62,736 nt of DNA, filler included, from Chlamydiales bacterium (GCA_016213235.1; 6 parts of 6 records of this genome joined end to end with filler, not necessarily neighbours in it); one strand, 5' to 3'; counted from the whole stretch's first letter, positions 32,701 to 42,936 are shown. Notes: generated from the sequence alone by a model not told the origin. Numbers and translations are program-made.

Positions 32701-33727
32701 TTTTTGCAGCCGTAAGTCTTGTAGCAAATGTTTCTATTGGTGCAGTAGTTGGAGAGGAATCTTCTGTATCTTCGAATTGACTAAGAGCGTCTATCGCATC
32801 GATGCCTCCAGATGCTACGGTATCTACTAATCTAAAAACATCACTATCAGTTGCAGTAGGACTGTGTGTAGGCCATGTTTGTAATCGTTGCATATGTAAC
32901 ATAACCCATCGAAAAACTCGTGGCAGTTGATCAGGGGGTGCATATTTAGAAAACAGTGTAAAAAAATCCACCAAGCCTTTGTTGGAGACTGGAGCAACAT
33001 CACTTTGCTCTTGATCGACATCTAAAGAAAGACAAGAGATAGTTGCATCTGCTGCAATAGAAGGGAGGATAGCTTCAGCAGCAGCTCGAAGTGTAGGTTT
33101 ACTTTCGTTAAACACTTGTGTTGCTACCACTAACGTAGTATCTGCACTAGTTGTAACAAAACCTGATTGAGTTGTAAAAAAAGATTCTAGAAAAGGAATG
33201 AGAGTTTGATCTAATATGTTAAGTATGTGATCCTTATGATCTGGCAGCCTATTTAATCGTTGAATAATTGTATTAAAATTTTGTTCTGCATTGGTGCAAG
33301 AGGCAAACAAAGCAAAGATGGAAGGATATTGTTTTTGTTGAGTGGAACCATGAGAAATATCAATGATCTTTTGTAATCGATCTACTAGCCGCTTTACTTT
33401 TTTCTTATCTACAAGGGGCAATCCCTTTCTTAGATCTGTGGCTACAGAGTGAGTGTCAATCAAGGCTTGCCGAAGAATGTTATCGGGTCTTGCACATGGT
33501 GATCTACAACAAGCTTTACACGCAGTAAAAGGAGAAGTAACAATATTATAAGGCATCGTAAGAAAAAGATAATAACTCCAATCTTTCACTGCAGTTGATA
33601 TTCGGGTTGTTATTGGATCTGTTATCCATTGATATTTGCTAGGAGCTACTGGAAGTGTTTGAAATGCAGGAAGGGGAAGAGGTGTGCGTCTAGGAGAAGC
33701 TGATGGCGAGGTGGGTTGGGGAATCAT
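29768..33727 (-). CDS. Large hypothetical protein (1319 aa)
   Basis: Long ORF; Pro/Ser/Thr-rich N-terminus, central hydrophobic stretch, helical-looking C-terminus. Confidence 0.8.
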   Translation of the reverse strand: MIPQPTSPSASPRRTPLPLPAFQTLPVAPSKYQWITDPITTRISTAVKDWSYYLFLTMPYNIVTSPFTACKACCRSPCARPDNILRQALIDTHSVATDLRKGLPLVDKKKVKRLVDRLQKIIDISHGSTQQKQYPSIFALFASCTNAEQNFNTIIQRLNRLPDHKDHILNILDQTLIPFLESFFTTQSGFVTTSADTTLVVATQVFNESKPTLRAAAEAILPSIAADATISCLSLDVDQEQSDVAPVSNKGLVDFFTLFSKYAPPDQLPRVFRWVMLHMQRLQTWPTHSPTATDSDVFRLVDTVASGGIDAIDALSQFEDTEDSSPTTAPIETFATRLTAAKNTVIGPSPEPTQPINVLKTRTDDALASCATTTSFYIIHYLCKSILGETESLAELDFEIRAQIEHKEGTRAWQKAYDRLCMEKGYEEKKQASLPYILKQLEDVTPDDRLPLFISLMHQAIDARDDIGFIQKTLMKWSISLFSNAVMDYTKEFLEKTLSSLRSSFNSMRAHPTYDVDPTVFTQFSCAFQSLFNIIKDYAYSQGDMDFAEYFLQALQDPTYNRGLTEPDMFQSFTSAMVDRFAPNVAWTDEMDRYSSVLVSWGSRSVNKLSYFFKMTLIMIPRIILVTLKTLVVWPLQAIVNITKNITIKWTLQYFEIPQKVTYSVQSVFFGPNKFSSLTSASKQIILDVLDIIYKKLLDDSSSNDTDVNVAKYKETKKAIRTFVMVALEVLEARSKSTPHELKKIFEDTGLLKQFSDQVKDLVMPEVAETVMFLILNVYEAFLNRENNENLLHDGIIKLSAGLEHQGEPITDVEKDAHEKLDQDMETMLDNLLLIAVKLGVRKFFLSFGKEKASFVKKYFDDVETVLISASGDTASLSLDETDDTSEDSIAEGYLAKWRQSLESGDNLQETMNTMRDGCLIVLDRIQTLSQQLTSAFETDLPDHLQVARDTIVLKVTDITTTIVKLQNAVLITDLQDRWTSYLDDLEGELASFQLLFQQVETVIEREEDPDDDLASLSASYQKIYDLNKEILSLDYLPNELKVFSNKLQDQLAIINESMEHLTNYTKICSLKEVLSTPYHRLRPVMQHAITNVSSSYKRSTQTFLQFLRDKMQSKITTMGDGGGICSISSVDDASLMGDFHHILTAFLPPDELTPFYFERTLHKSVGVLPDIVKCSSITALDNCLKIFDTKIQELEDSFKRNIDKSTTTLQVIFDHDNPGSVFMQLNELRSILATDVNIPEETTALIASLTSFQEEFESIKIIAPESDLFLQLNSHPFLERPKLKLHEFFKKIVFQLFDTLPQALPLLLRHAVIYPNMH

Positions 33728-33853
33728 TTTTATTATCTTTTTTTGAAAAAATTAAGAGAGGATTGTACCAGTTATTCAAAAAAGAGAATAGACTATTTTT
33801 TTGTTCTTTACTAATGTGGGTGTTTGTTATGAATTTATAAAAATGGTTGATAA

Positions 33854-34786
33854 ATGAGAAGGATCTCGCAATGGCTTACTATTGCTTTCATGCTCTGGAT
33901 TCCTGTTTTTGCGCACTATCTGGATATAGAAGGGGATTTTCTCTATCTTAAGAGGAATCTGGCAGCAAATAATGTGATCATGGAAACACCGACGGAAACA
34001 CTAACTACAAAAAGACTTGCTTCCGATTTTAACTATTCGACTGGATTGCAGGCAAAAGGAACATTTTATGCCACAACAAATGAGGCAATTCAGATAAGAT
34101 ATACAGGGCTTGTTTCATACCATTCTTCAATACAGATAGCGCAGATAGGTAGCATTACATTTCCATTTACTAGCGATATCAATGTATATGATTGGGTAGA
34201 TGCAGATAGAGCAAGAGCCTTTTATGACTCTGACTATTTTGAGTTTGATCTAAGCTATTATAACATTTTTGAGCCAAGATGGAATAATTACTTTTCTCTC
34301 GATTGGGGTGTAGGGTTAGATTATGTAGAGATCAAAGAAGACTTCAAACTTCGTTATTACGTCGATTATCGGACAAGCAAATATGATATTAAAACAATAA
34401 ACACTCTGCTTGGGGGACATATTTTAGGAGAAATAGTAGCTCAACCCTATAAATGGCTGGCATGGGGCTTGCAGGCCCGCTTTGGTATTAATGCTAACCT
34501 AATGCGGATGCACCAACTTCTATTTGATAACAACCAGGATGTATCAATAATGAACCAGTCTGCGCAAAAAGTAAGGCCAAATTATATGGGAGAAATAGAT
34601 CCCTACATCATTTTTAGACCAGTGCCTGCTGTTCATATTGTTATTGGGTATACATGGATCTATTATCGTGGTATTGCACTAGCGCCCAATCAAATTAATT
34701 ATGCCCCAGCTTCTTTAAATGGTGTCAGACATGGTGGGCAGGTCAATTATCAAGGGTTTTATGCGGGACTTGGGCTAGTGTTTTAG
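33854..34786 (+). CDS. Outer membrane beta-barrel protein
   Basis: Signal peptide, Tyr/Gly-rich alternating strands, C-terminal GFYAGLGLVF beta-signal. Confidence 0.75.
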   Translation: MRRISQWLTIAFMLWIPVFAHYLDIEGDFLYLKRNLAANNVIMETPTETLTTKRLASDFNYSTGLQAKGTFYATTNEAIQIRYTGLVSYHSSIQIAQIGSITFPFTSDINVYDWVDADRARAFYDSDYFEFDLSYYNIFEPRWNNYFSLDWGVGLDYVEIKEDFKLRYYVDYRTSKYDIKTINTLLGGHILGEIVAQPYKWLAWGLQARFGINANLMRMHQLLFDNNQDVSIMNQSAQKVRPNYMGEIDPYIIFRPVPAVHIVIGYTWIYYRGIALAPNQINYAPASLNGVRHGGQVNYQGFYAGLGLVF

Positions 34787-34793
34787 AAAAAAA

Positions 34794-34900
34794 ATAGAGC
34801 CGGAGATAATCTCATGGCATAAGAAAAGATCCTTAAGGCTGCTACCTTCCGGTCCTGACCTGGTTCGGATTTTCTTAACCCATCAGGTCCCTGGCTCTAT
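34794..34900 (-). ncRNA. ffs: Signal recognition particle RNA (4.5S)
   Basis: Minus strand CAGGTCAGGACCGGAAGGTAGCAGCC helix-8 core, closed by ATAGAGCC/GGCTCTAT stem. Confidence 0.92.
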
Positions 34901-35004
34901 CAAAAGACTATAACCGAGTTTTCTCTGAAAAATCAACAATTCAAATTTTTTATATGCAATATTCTTCTCTAAAAAAAACTTTTACTGACGAAGCCTAAAG
35001 CCTT

Positions 35005-38000
35005 TTAATTAGAGAGATGCTTGTTACAAAATGTTGCCGTATGAGAATGTTTGGATTCTAGTAAACTTGCTACATTTCCACTAAAGACGAGCTTACCTCC
35101 ATTTTTACCGCCTTCCGGTCCGAGATCTACGACATAATCGGAGAGGAGAATCATATCTACATGATGTTCAATGATAATGACGGTATGTCCCTTATCTACT
35201 AAAGAACTTAGGATAGGCAGCAGCTTCATGATGTCTTCATTGTGCAGACCTGTTGTTGGCTCATCAAGGAGATATAGGGTAGGACCTCTGGAGCGTTTTA
35301 GTAGATCTCTTGTAAGTCTGAGTCTTTGCGCTTCTCCACATGATAGCGTGGCCACTTGTTGATTGAGCTTTAAATAACCAAGACCTAGCTGCTGCAGCTT
35401 CGTGATCATTTTTTCTACCTTTGGAATAGGAGGCAGGAATTGAAGAGCATCATCAATGGTGAGATCTAAAAGCTCCCCAAGATGTTTTCCTTTATATTTG
35501 ACTTTTAAAGAGAGGGGATTTAGTCGATATCCTTCACAGTCTGGGCAAGTAACTTGTACAGATGGTAAGAATTGTAGGTCGATGGTTTTATATCCAAGGC
35601 CAAAGCAGGATTTGCACATTCCTTGTAGGTTATTAAAACTAAAATGTTTTGAAAGGAGGCCTCGAATAGCAGCATCTGGCAAGGCTGCATAAAACATCCT
35701 CAGGGGTGTTAAGAGATCAATATAAGTGCTCACATCGGATCTTGCGGTATGTCCAATCGGATTTTGATCAATAAAAATAACATCGTCAAATATCTCCAAA
35801 CCCTCATATCTTATATCATTAATATAAAAAGAGCGTGTTGTTTTGCCACTTCGAAGAGCTTGTTTTGCGCCTTTATAGATCACATCAACAAGCAGTGTAG
35901 ATTTACCACATCCAGATACTCCGCTAATGCAAGTGAGCCTTCCATACGGAAATTGTACATTGACATTTTGCAAGTTGTGTATGTTTGCATGTTGGATAGA
36001 AAAGTAGGATGTTTTATTAAGAGATTTTATCTCTCTGTGGGGTATTCTTTTTTTAGTTAAATATAAACCGGTAAGAGAATTTGGATTTTTCTTGATCTCT
36101 TGTAATGATCCCTCTGCAATAATGTCTCCGCCATTAGTACCTGATCCTTTGCCAAAATCGATAATTTTATCTCCGATTTCAATAGTCATAGGATCGTGCT
36201 CTACAACGACGAGGGTATTACCAAGATCACAAAGTTTTTTCAGTGCTGTATTAAGCAGGTGGTTATTGTAGGGATGAAGACCGATTGTTGGTTCATCCAG
36301 TACATATAAACAGCCTGTAAGACCACTACCAAGTTGCCTTGCAAGATGGATGCGTTGCGCCTCTCCACTGCTGAGTGTCGGAGCAGAGCGATCAAGCGAT
36401 AAATAGCCAAGGCCGATTTCTATGATAAAGGAGAGTTTTGCATTGATTTGCAAGAGTACCTCTTCCATGGATTGATGCGCTGTTTTAGTAAATTGCTTCA
36501 TAAACTCTAATGCATCCACAACTGGCATCTTGCAAAAATCGGGGAGACTAACATGGTTAATTTTTACGTTTCTTGCAAGAGGATTAAGCCGCATCCCATG
36601 GCATTCTGGACAGATGTGTTGGTTTAAAAAAGGAGTGAGTTGCAACTTGATTTTACTATTACCCCCTTTAGCTAAATATTCAAAGACATGGCTGATCCCT
36701 TCCCATTTTAGGAAGGTGTTTTCATCAAATTTGATCTCTTCATTAGAGCCATTCATGAGGAGGTTGGATTCTTCTTTTGTTAGATCTTTGATGAGAGTTG
36801 ATGGATTAATGTTTTTGTTTTTCAACATTTTCATAAGAAGCTTATAAGCAATACTCGTACCAGATTCTTTCCAAAGAAGTCCCATGAGATCTAGTATCGA
36901 TAACTCGAGCAGCTCTTCTTGCTCTTCAAAACTCGCTCCATAGATAAATCCAAGCCCAAAGCAGTTGAAACACATCCCATCTTCCGAGTTAAATGAAAAC
37001 AATTGCGGTGTAATACTAGGATAAGATTTCCCTGTACTTTCTACGCAAAAGGAGAGATTAAAGAAAATCAGCTTATCCTCGATTGCAACAGTGACTTGTT
37101 TTTTTGTCATTGCAGATGCTTTTTCTATGGCATCAAGAAGTCTTTTTATTGCATCTTGTTTAAGGGTAATTCGATCGATAACAAGATAAAGGTCATTTTT
37201 TTGTGTTGGGTTAAATGGAAAGTCATCTTCTAGGTGAAAATATTGATCATTTAAACGAATCCTAATAAATCCTTGTTGCAAAAGTCTCTCTTTGATTTTT
37301 TGAAATTCTTCTGCATGTTTAACATCTAATTTGGCAAGAATTTGTACTTTCGTCTGCTCAGGGTACTCAAACAGCTTATTTACTACATAAGATGGGCTAA
37401 TAGGGATAATGGGCTCATTTGTTTCTGGACAAAAAGCTTTACCCTCTTTTGCATACAATATTCTTAAAAAATCATAGACCTCCGTAATGGTACCAACAAT
37501 GCTACGTGGATTTCCTGCATGCTTTTTTTGCTCAATAGCAATTGCTGGGGACAACCCCTCTATTTTTTTCACTTTTGGCTTCTGCATAGTGAAAATAAAT
37601 TGCTTTGCATAGGGAGATAAAGACTCTACAAAGCGCCTCTGTCCCTCTGCATAAAGAGTATCTAAAGCAAAGGAAGTTTTTCCAGATCCGGAAGGACCAC
37701 TACAAATGGTGATTTTTCCTCTTGGTATGGAGACGTTAATTCCTTTTAGGTTGTTTTGATATGCCCCTTCTACGGTAATTTCATCTATAATAGGAAGAGT
37801 CTTTTGTCTAGAAGAAGTTACGATATGTGTTTCCTCCATACAAGATTTTAAATAAATACCGGTGGGAGTGTTTTTCTTAATCAACATCTCGGGGGTCCCT
37901 TCTCCAATAATCGTCCCGCCTTCATCGCCACCTTCAGGACCAAGATCAATAATCCAGTCTGCACATTTTACAAGATCAAGATTATGCTCAATCACAATCA

Positions 38001-40644
38001 CACTGTTTTTTTCATCAACAAGTTTCTGCAAGATTTGTATTAGCTTATTGATGTCTTCAAAATGGAGTCCTGTTGTTGGCTCATCTAAAATATAAAGAGT
38101 GTTACCAGTAGATGGCCTAGAAAGCTCTTTAGCAAGTTTTATTCGTTGTGCTTCTCCTCCAGACAAAGTAGTAGAGGATTGTCCTAGTTTCATATAACCT
38201 AGGCCCACTTGCATCAGAAGATCAATTTTTCGATGAATAACAGGGGTATTTTCAAAAAAAGACAGCGATTCATCTACAGAAAAATTGAGGATGTCATTAA
38301 TGTTTTTTCCTTTAAATTCTACAGCAAGTGTTTTTTTGTCAAATCTCTTTCCTCCACATTCGGGACAAGTAGCAATTTCATCTTCTAAAAAATCCATATC
38401 GATTTTGATATATCCAAGCCCTGAACAATAGGTGCAAGACCCCTCTTTTACATTAAAACTAAATTGACCTGGTTTGTAACCAAATGCTTTTGATTCCGGT
38501 AGCTCTGCAAATAGATTGCGAATGTCATCAAACAATTTTATATAGGTTGCGGGATTGGATCTAGATGTTCGTCCAATGGGGCTTTGATCAATTTCAATGA
38601 TTTTATCAATTTTTTCAATGCCTTCTATCGAGAGGTTAGCGCCGACATCTAAGTTAGAGCCGTGTAAATGATTAAACAGTGCTGGATAAAGGGTATCGAT
38701 GATAAGAGAGGATTTTCCAGATCCAGAAACTCCTGTAATAGCGCAAAAAACATGCAGAGGTATTTTTACATCGACTTGTTTTAAATTATGATGGGCAGAT
38801 CCCTTTATTTGAATAAACTCTGTAGATTTTCTTCTTTTTTTAGGAATTTCTATTCTTTTTTTCTTGGAAAGATATTGTCCTGTAATGGATAGAGGAGAAG
38901 TTAAGATATCTTCATAAATTCCATGTGCAACGATTTCACCCCCACTGCTACCAGCTCCTGGACCCATGTCAACAATATAATCAGCCGATCGCATCGTAGC
39001 TTCATCATGTTCTACCACAATGACAGTATTGCCTTGCTGTTTTAACTCTAAAAGAGAATCAAGTAATCTTTGATGGTCTCTATCATGAAGCCCAATCGAT
39101 GGCTCATCTAGTATGTATGTGGTACCTACAAGTCCACAACCAATTTGCGCAGCAAGGCGCACTCTCTGCATTTCTCCTCCAGATAAGGTAGGAGACGATC
39201 TTTCCAAACTAAGATAATGCAACCCAACATTGATCAAAAATTTTAATCTATTTTTTATCTCTTTGATCAATTCCTCTCCAATCGACATTTCTAAAGGAGA
39301 TAGTATAATTTGTTCAAGGAATAAAAATGCATTCTCAATGGAAAGATGACAAAATTCCCAAATGGTTAGTCCTTTGAATTTAGCTGCTGCAGGATAAGCT
39401 TTAATTCTTGTTCCTTTGCAGCTTTTGCAGCCGCTCTCTTTCATGTAAGAGCGCACTTTTTGCTGATAGGTATCACTTGTAGATTCATTTAATCGCTTCT
39501 TTGCTTCATAAATGACCCCCTTATATGGAATATAGTCGGTCCATTTTGTTTTTTTTGTTGGATGCACAAAAATCATCTTGAGCCATTTTTCTTTTGCTCC
39601 ATACAAAAAGACATCTCTGGCCTGTTGTGGAAGCTCTTTCCATGGTGTATCGATATCAAAGTGGTAGATCCTAGCTACGTTTTCATAAATATTTCCCCAT
39701 TTTACCGTATTATAGGAACTGGCAATGATGCAACAGTCTTCTTTAATGGACTTTTTAGGATCAATAATCTTCGACTCATCAAATTCCAGTGATTTTCCAA
39801 TACCTTCGCATTCTAAACACATCCCATGTGGATGGTTAAAAGAAAAGTCTTGTGGATCAAGTGGCTCGTAAGAGAGATTTGATTTTTCAGAATAGGCAAA
39901 ACGGGAAAACAACTTTTTTTGCTTTGTATCTACATCATAGATAGATAAAAGCCCTTTGCCGGCATCGAGCGCTGCTGTAATGGATTCAATGATCCTTGTT
40001 TTTTCTTCTTGTTTGACTACAATGCGGTCCATGACAATATCGATATCATGAGGAATGGATTCTTCTAAGGCAGGTACTTCATTTAAAGAAAAAAGTTGAT
40101 TGTCAATGAAAACTCTTGTAAATCCCTTTTTTAAAAGATCATTAAATTCTTCTTTAAAATTGCCTTTTTTTCCTTTTATAATGGGAGCTAAAATCAATAG
40201 TTTTGCCCCCATAAAAGTCATGATTTGATCTGTTATTTGCATCGTAGACTGAGGTGATACTATATCTCCTGAAATAGGGCAGTAGGGCGTCGCCAGTTTA
40301 GCATATAGCACACGTAAAAAATCATAAATACCTGTTAGTGTACCCACGGTAGAACGAGGGTTTTTAGAGCCTTGTTTTTGCTCAATTGCAATGGTGGGAG
40401 AAATACCTTCGATTTTTTCTGCTTCAGGCTTGTGCATCGCCCCTAAAAACCGTCTTGCATAAGTGGATAAAGATTCTACATAGCGACGCTGTCCCTCTAC
40501 ATAAATGGTATCAAAGGCAAGGGATGATTTCCCAGATCCAGACACACCTGTAAATACAATTAGCTGATTGGGATCAAGGGATATAGAAACATTTTTTAAA
40601 TTGTGTACACAAACTTTTTTAAGCTCTATTTTTTGCTCTTTCAA
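35005..40644 (-). CDS. uvrA: Excinuclease ABC subunit A, double-length chlamydial type
   Basis: Four Walker A motifs (GVSGSGKS x2, GPSGSGKT, GVSGCGKS), LSGGE-type signatures, Zn-finger CxxC pairs. Confidence 0.96.
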   Translation of the reverse strand: MKEQKIELKKVCVHNLKNVSISLDPNQLIVFTGVSGSGKSSLAFDTIYVEGQRRYVESLSTYARRFLGAMHKPEAEKIEGISPTIAIEQKQGSKNPRSTVGTLTGIYDFLRVLYAKLATPYCPISGDIVSPQSTMQITDQIMTFMGAKLLILAPIIKGKKGNFKEEFNDLLKKGFTRVFIDNQLFSLNEVPALEESIPHDIDIVMDRIVVKQEEKTRIIESITAALDAGKGLLSIYDVDTKQKKLFSRFAYSEKSNLSYEPLDPQDFSFNHPHGMCLECEGIGKSLEFDESKIIDPKKSIKEDCCIIASSYNTVKWGNIYENVARIYHFDIDTPWKELPQQARDVFLYGAKEKWLKMIFVHPTKKTKWTDYIPYKGVIYEAKKRLNESTSDTYQQKVRSYMKESGCKSCKGTRIKAYPAAAKFKGLTIWEFCHLSIENAFLFLEQIILSPLEMSIGEELIKEIKNRLKFLINVGLHYLSLERSSPTLSGGEMQRVRLAAQIGCGLVGTTYILDEPSIGLHDRDHQRLLDSLLELKQQGNTVIVVEHDEATMRSADYIVDMGPGAGSSGGEIVAHGIYEDILTSPLSITGQYLSKKKRIEIPKKRRKSTEFIQIKGSAHHNLKQVDVKIPLHVFCAITGVSGSGKSSLIIDTLYPALFNHLHGSNLDVGANLSIEGIEKIDKIIEIDQSPIGRTSRSNPATYIKLFDDIRNLFAELPESKAFGYKPGQFSFNVKEGSCTYCSGLGYIKIDMDFLEDEIATCPECGGKRFDKKTLAVEFKGKNINDILNFSVDESLSFFENTPVIHRKIDLLMQVGLGYMKLGQSSTTLSGGEAQRIKLAKELSRPSTGNTLYILDEPTTGLHFEDINKLIQILQKLVDEKNSVIVIEHNLDLVKCADWIIDLGPEGGDEGGTIIGEGTPEMLIKKNTPTGIYLKSCMEETHIVTSSRQKTLPIIDEITVEGAYQNNLKGINVSIPRGKITICSGPSGSGKTSFALDTLYAEGQRRFVESLSPYAKQFIFTMQKPKVKKIEGLSPAIAIEQKKHAGNPRSIVGTITEVYDFLRILYAKEGKAFCPETNEPIIPISPSYVVNKLFEYPEQTKVQILAKLDVKHAEEFQKIKERLLQQGFIRIRLNDQYFHLEDDFPFNPTQKNDLYLVIDRITLKQDAIKRLLDAIEKASAMTKKQVTVAIEDKLIFFNLSFCVESTGKSYPSITPQLFSFNSEDGMCFNCFGLGFIYGASFEEQEELLELSILDLMGLLWKESGTSIAYKLLMKMLKNKNINPSTLIKDLTKEESNLLMNGSNEEIKFDENTFLKWEGISHVFEYLAKGGNSKIKLQLTPFLNQHICPECHGMRLNPLARNVKINHVSLPDFCKMPVVDALEFMKQFTKTAHQSMEEVLLQINAKLSFIIEIGLGYLSLDRSAPTLSSGEAQRIHLARQLGSGLTGCLYVLDEPTIGLHPYNNHLLNTALKKLCDLGNTLVVVEHDPMTIEIGDKIIDFGKGSGTNGGDIIAEGSLQEIKKNPNSLTGLYLTKKRIPHREIKSLNKTSYFSIQHANIHNLQNVNVQFPYGRLTCISGVSGCGKSTLLVDVIYKGAKQALRSGKTTRSFYINDIRYEGLEIFDDVIFIDQNPIGHTARSDVSTYIDLLTPLRMFYAALPDAAIRGLLSKHFSFNNLQGMCKSCFGLGYKTIDLQFLPSVQVTCPDCEGYRLNPLSLKVKYKGKHLGELLDLTIDDALQFLPPIPKVEKMITKLQQLGLGYLKLNQQVATLSCGEAQRLRLTRDLLKRSRGPTLYLLDEPTTGLHNEDIMKLLPILSSLVDKGHTVIIIEHHVDMILLSDYVVDLGPEGGKNGGKLVFSGNVASLLESKHSHTATFCNKHLSN

Positions 40645-40729
40645 AATTCCTATGCCTTTTTTTTAAACGCCAATTGTTTTATAATCGTTATGAATTAAAG
40701 AAAAATTTTTAAAACAAAGGACATTTCAT

Positions 40730-42382
40730 TTGATGCTGCCTTTAAATTCTGTAGATTATACAAAAAACATCAAATCAGAGCTAAAACAAATTGTAAGCGC
40801 AACAGAAGGCGCTATGGGATGCTCTAGAGTTGTTGTATTGAAAACAGGAAATATTAATAACATTGTTTCCTGGTGCTCCTTTCATATTCTTCAAGTTCTC
40901 TTTGATTTTTTTTCCTGTTTGTTTCCTACTTACTACCGCAAACAAAATGAAGATACCATTGATTATTTTGAAAAAATATTCGGTTCAAGAAGGGTAGAAG
41001 AGATTTCTAGTAAATATAATTTGCATTTGGATCGTAAAAAGATCCAAGGCATCCCAATGACAAAATCAGATTTGCAAACACTCTTTGCAGGCGTTAGTGC
41101 TGTTACAGAAGAAGATGTGAAAGAAATGGTTAGCGGTATACAACAAATACTGCACATGAGCAAAGATCACTGGCAAGTAGAGGAAATAACGACTTTAACA
41201 GATGATCAAATAGAGGGGTTTTGTAGAGAATTTGACAATCTGGGATTGAGAAATATAGAGCTAAGCCAAGATCAGATTATCGAGCTGTTCGAAAATTTTG
41301 AAGAAGTAGAGTTTTCAACTTTAACAAAAGAGCAGGTCGATTTTTTATATGATCTATGTAATCCACTTGATTATGAAACGACGTGTTTAAATGAGCCAAG
41401 ATCGAAAGAAACAGGATATGATAGAGGTCTTACAGCAGAGGGACTTCTCCCTTTAAGCGCGCAAATTCGGGATGTAAAAGAAAAAATCCAAACGGAAGAG
41501 AGCACAGATCTTTTACATCATGAGTTGAATGTAAAAATCATGAAAAGAGTGGTAGGGTATTTTAATCCTGTTGGATTATTAATACGCATGGAAGATGGTT
41601 GGTTTAAAGTAGAGAAAAAATTCTACTCTGCCGGCATGTATACCGTATTGTTAAGAAATATAGATAGTTCCAAACGTCCGGATAAACTCTGCGTTCTTGC
41701 CACCCAGACATTAGGATTTGTTCCATGGAAATGGGAACCTGCGGTAGAGGACTTGCGGGTGGAAATCGGCTCTTGGGGAGTGATGTTTGCCACTAAATTA
41801 TTTCATTATATTAAAAGTCAGGTGGATGCTGATCCTAACTACTGTTTTGACCTCTTTGGTTATAGCTTGGGAGGAGCGCAAGCGCAGAGATTATTTGCCT
41901 ATTTAATAGCTGCAAAACTGCATCACATTGTTCACTCTATCACTACCTTTTCTTCGCCAGGTATTGATGCAGAGACAAGATCGTGGATTGAATCTAGAGT
42001 AGAGGAGGGTGATATGCCACCGGTAGTGCATTATCGGGATCATGGAGACCTTGTTTCCTTAGTTGGAGAAACATTTTTACCATCGAAGAAGATTGTTCTT
42101 ATTTCTAATAAAGGGAATGAAGAAGATCCAATGAAGAGAAAAATGGCATACTATGATATATTTGAAGCGATATTCTTGGGACTAAGAAGCATGAATAAAG
42201 AGCATTGTCAATTAATAGAAGAGCATTCTAAGGTGCTTGAAATAACCGATGAAGTTCAAATAGCTAATATACTCGATAACACACCTCTTGGATGGGAACA
42301 CTTACGTAATATGTTGGCAGATTTGTTTTCTGAAAAAGTATTTGTTGAGTGGCTAGATAAAGTAGAAGAAACTGCTAGCTAA
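40730..42382 (+). CDS. Alpha/beta-hydrolase (class 3 lipase-like) with N-terminal extension
   Basis: GYSLGGAQAQ nucleophile elbow, TFSSPG, GDLVSLVG. Confidence 0.7.
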   Translation: MMLPLNSVDYTKNIKSELKQIVSATEGAMGCSRVVVLKTGNINNIVSWCSFHILQVLFDFFSCLFPTYYRKQNEDTIDYFEKIFGSRRVEEISSKYNLHLDRKKIQGIPMTKSDLQTLFAGVSAVTEEDVKEMVSGIQQILHMSKDHWQVEEITTLTDDQIEGFCREFDNLGLRNIELSQDQIIELFENFEEVEFSTLTKEQVDFLYDLCNPLDYETTCLNEPRSKETGYDRGLTAEGLLPLSAQIRDVKEKIQTEESTDLLHHELNVKIMKRVVGYFNPVGLLIRMEDGWFKVEKKFYSAGMYTVLLRNIDSSKRPDKLCVLATQTLGFVPWKWEPAVEDLRVEIGSWGVMFATKLFHYIKSQVDADPNYCFDLFGYSLGGAQAQRLFAYLIAAKLHHIVHSITTFSSPGIDAETRSWIESRVEEGDMPPVVHYRDHGDLVSLVGETFLPSKKIVLISNKGNEEDPMKRKMAYYDIFEAIFLGLRSMNKEHCQLIEEHSKVLEITDEVQIANILDNTPLGWEHLRNMLADLFSEKVFVEWLDKVEETAS

Positions 42383-42437
42383 TTTTTTCTAGACTATCAA
42401 TATCAAAAAACCTATAACCAAGTTATAGGATCTTCAT

Positions 42438-42556
42438 ATGTGTATAAAGACAAAAATTATTTGTACGATAGGGCCTGCTACAGATTCAGAAGAAAAAATA
42501 GAAGCGCTCATTGATGCTGGTATGAATGTTGCCCGTATTAATTTCAGTCATGGTAC
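42438..42556 (+). CDS. pyk: Pyruvate kinase, 5' fragment at contig end
   Basis: Translated by hand: [39 protein letters not shown]. Confidence 0.93.
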
Positions 42557-42656
42557 NNNNNNNNNNNNNNNNNNNNNNNNNNNNNNNNNNNNNNNNNNNN
42601 TTAATTAATTAANNNNNNNNNNNNNNNNNNNNNNNNNNNNNNNNNNNNNNNNNNNN
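42557..42656. other. Artificial contig linker
   Basis: N-run with TTAATTAATTAA. Confidence 0.99.
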
Positions 42657-42797
42657 AGACTTTTGATTTTCTCTGTATAGTTTGATGCTATTGATCTTAA
42701 ATTCTCGATCATAATTTCTTGTACTCATAGATAATCCTCCTAAAATTATTTTTTAATTTTTCGGATTCTATGTGTCTAGTAAATTATAGCAAGATCA
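42657..42797 (-). mobile_element. IS3-family element, left end with orfA start
   Basis: IRL TGATCTTGCTATAATTTACTAGACAC; GGAGG RBS; ATG 42728 MSTRNYDREFKINSIKLYRENQKS. Confidence 0.8.
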
Positions 42798-42934
42798 CCG
42801 CCAGGCTCGAACATATGTCTATCCAGGTGGTGAACTGGGATATTTAAAATTTCACCAAGCTTAGAAGCAAATGTAGACTTTCCGCTTCCAGGCAAGCCAA
42901 TCAGTGCAAATTTTTTATAGCAGGTGTTTTTCAT
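42798..42934 (-). pseudogene. FlaR/adenylate-kinase-like P-loop protein interrupted by IS3
   Basis: IGLPGSGKSTFASKLGEILNIPVHHLD; frame runs into the IS3 end. Confidence 0.75.
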
Positions 42935-42936
42935 GA

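Noticed and set aside
35005..40644. UvrA is twice the normal length
   Set aside because: Tandem-fused UvrA is an established feature of chlamydiae. It is useful for taxonomy but not novel.
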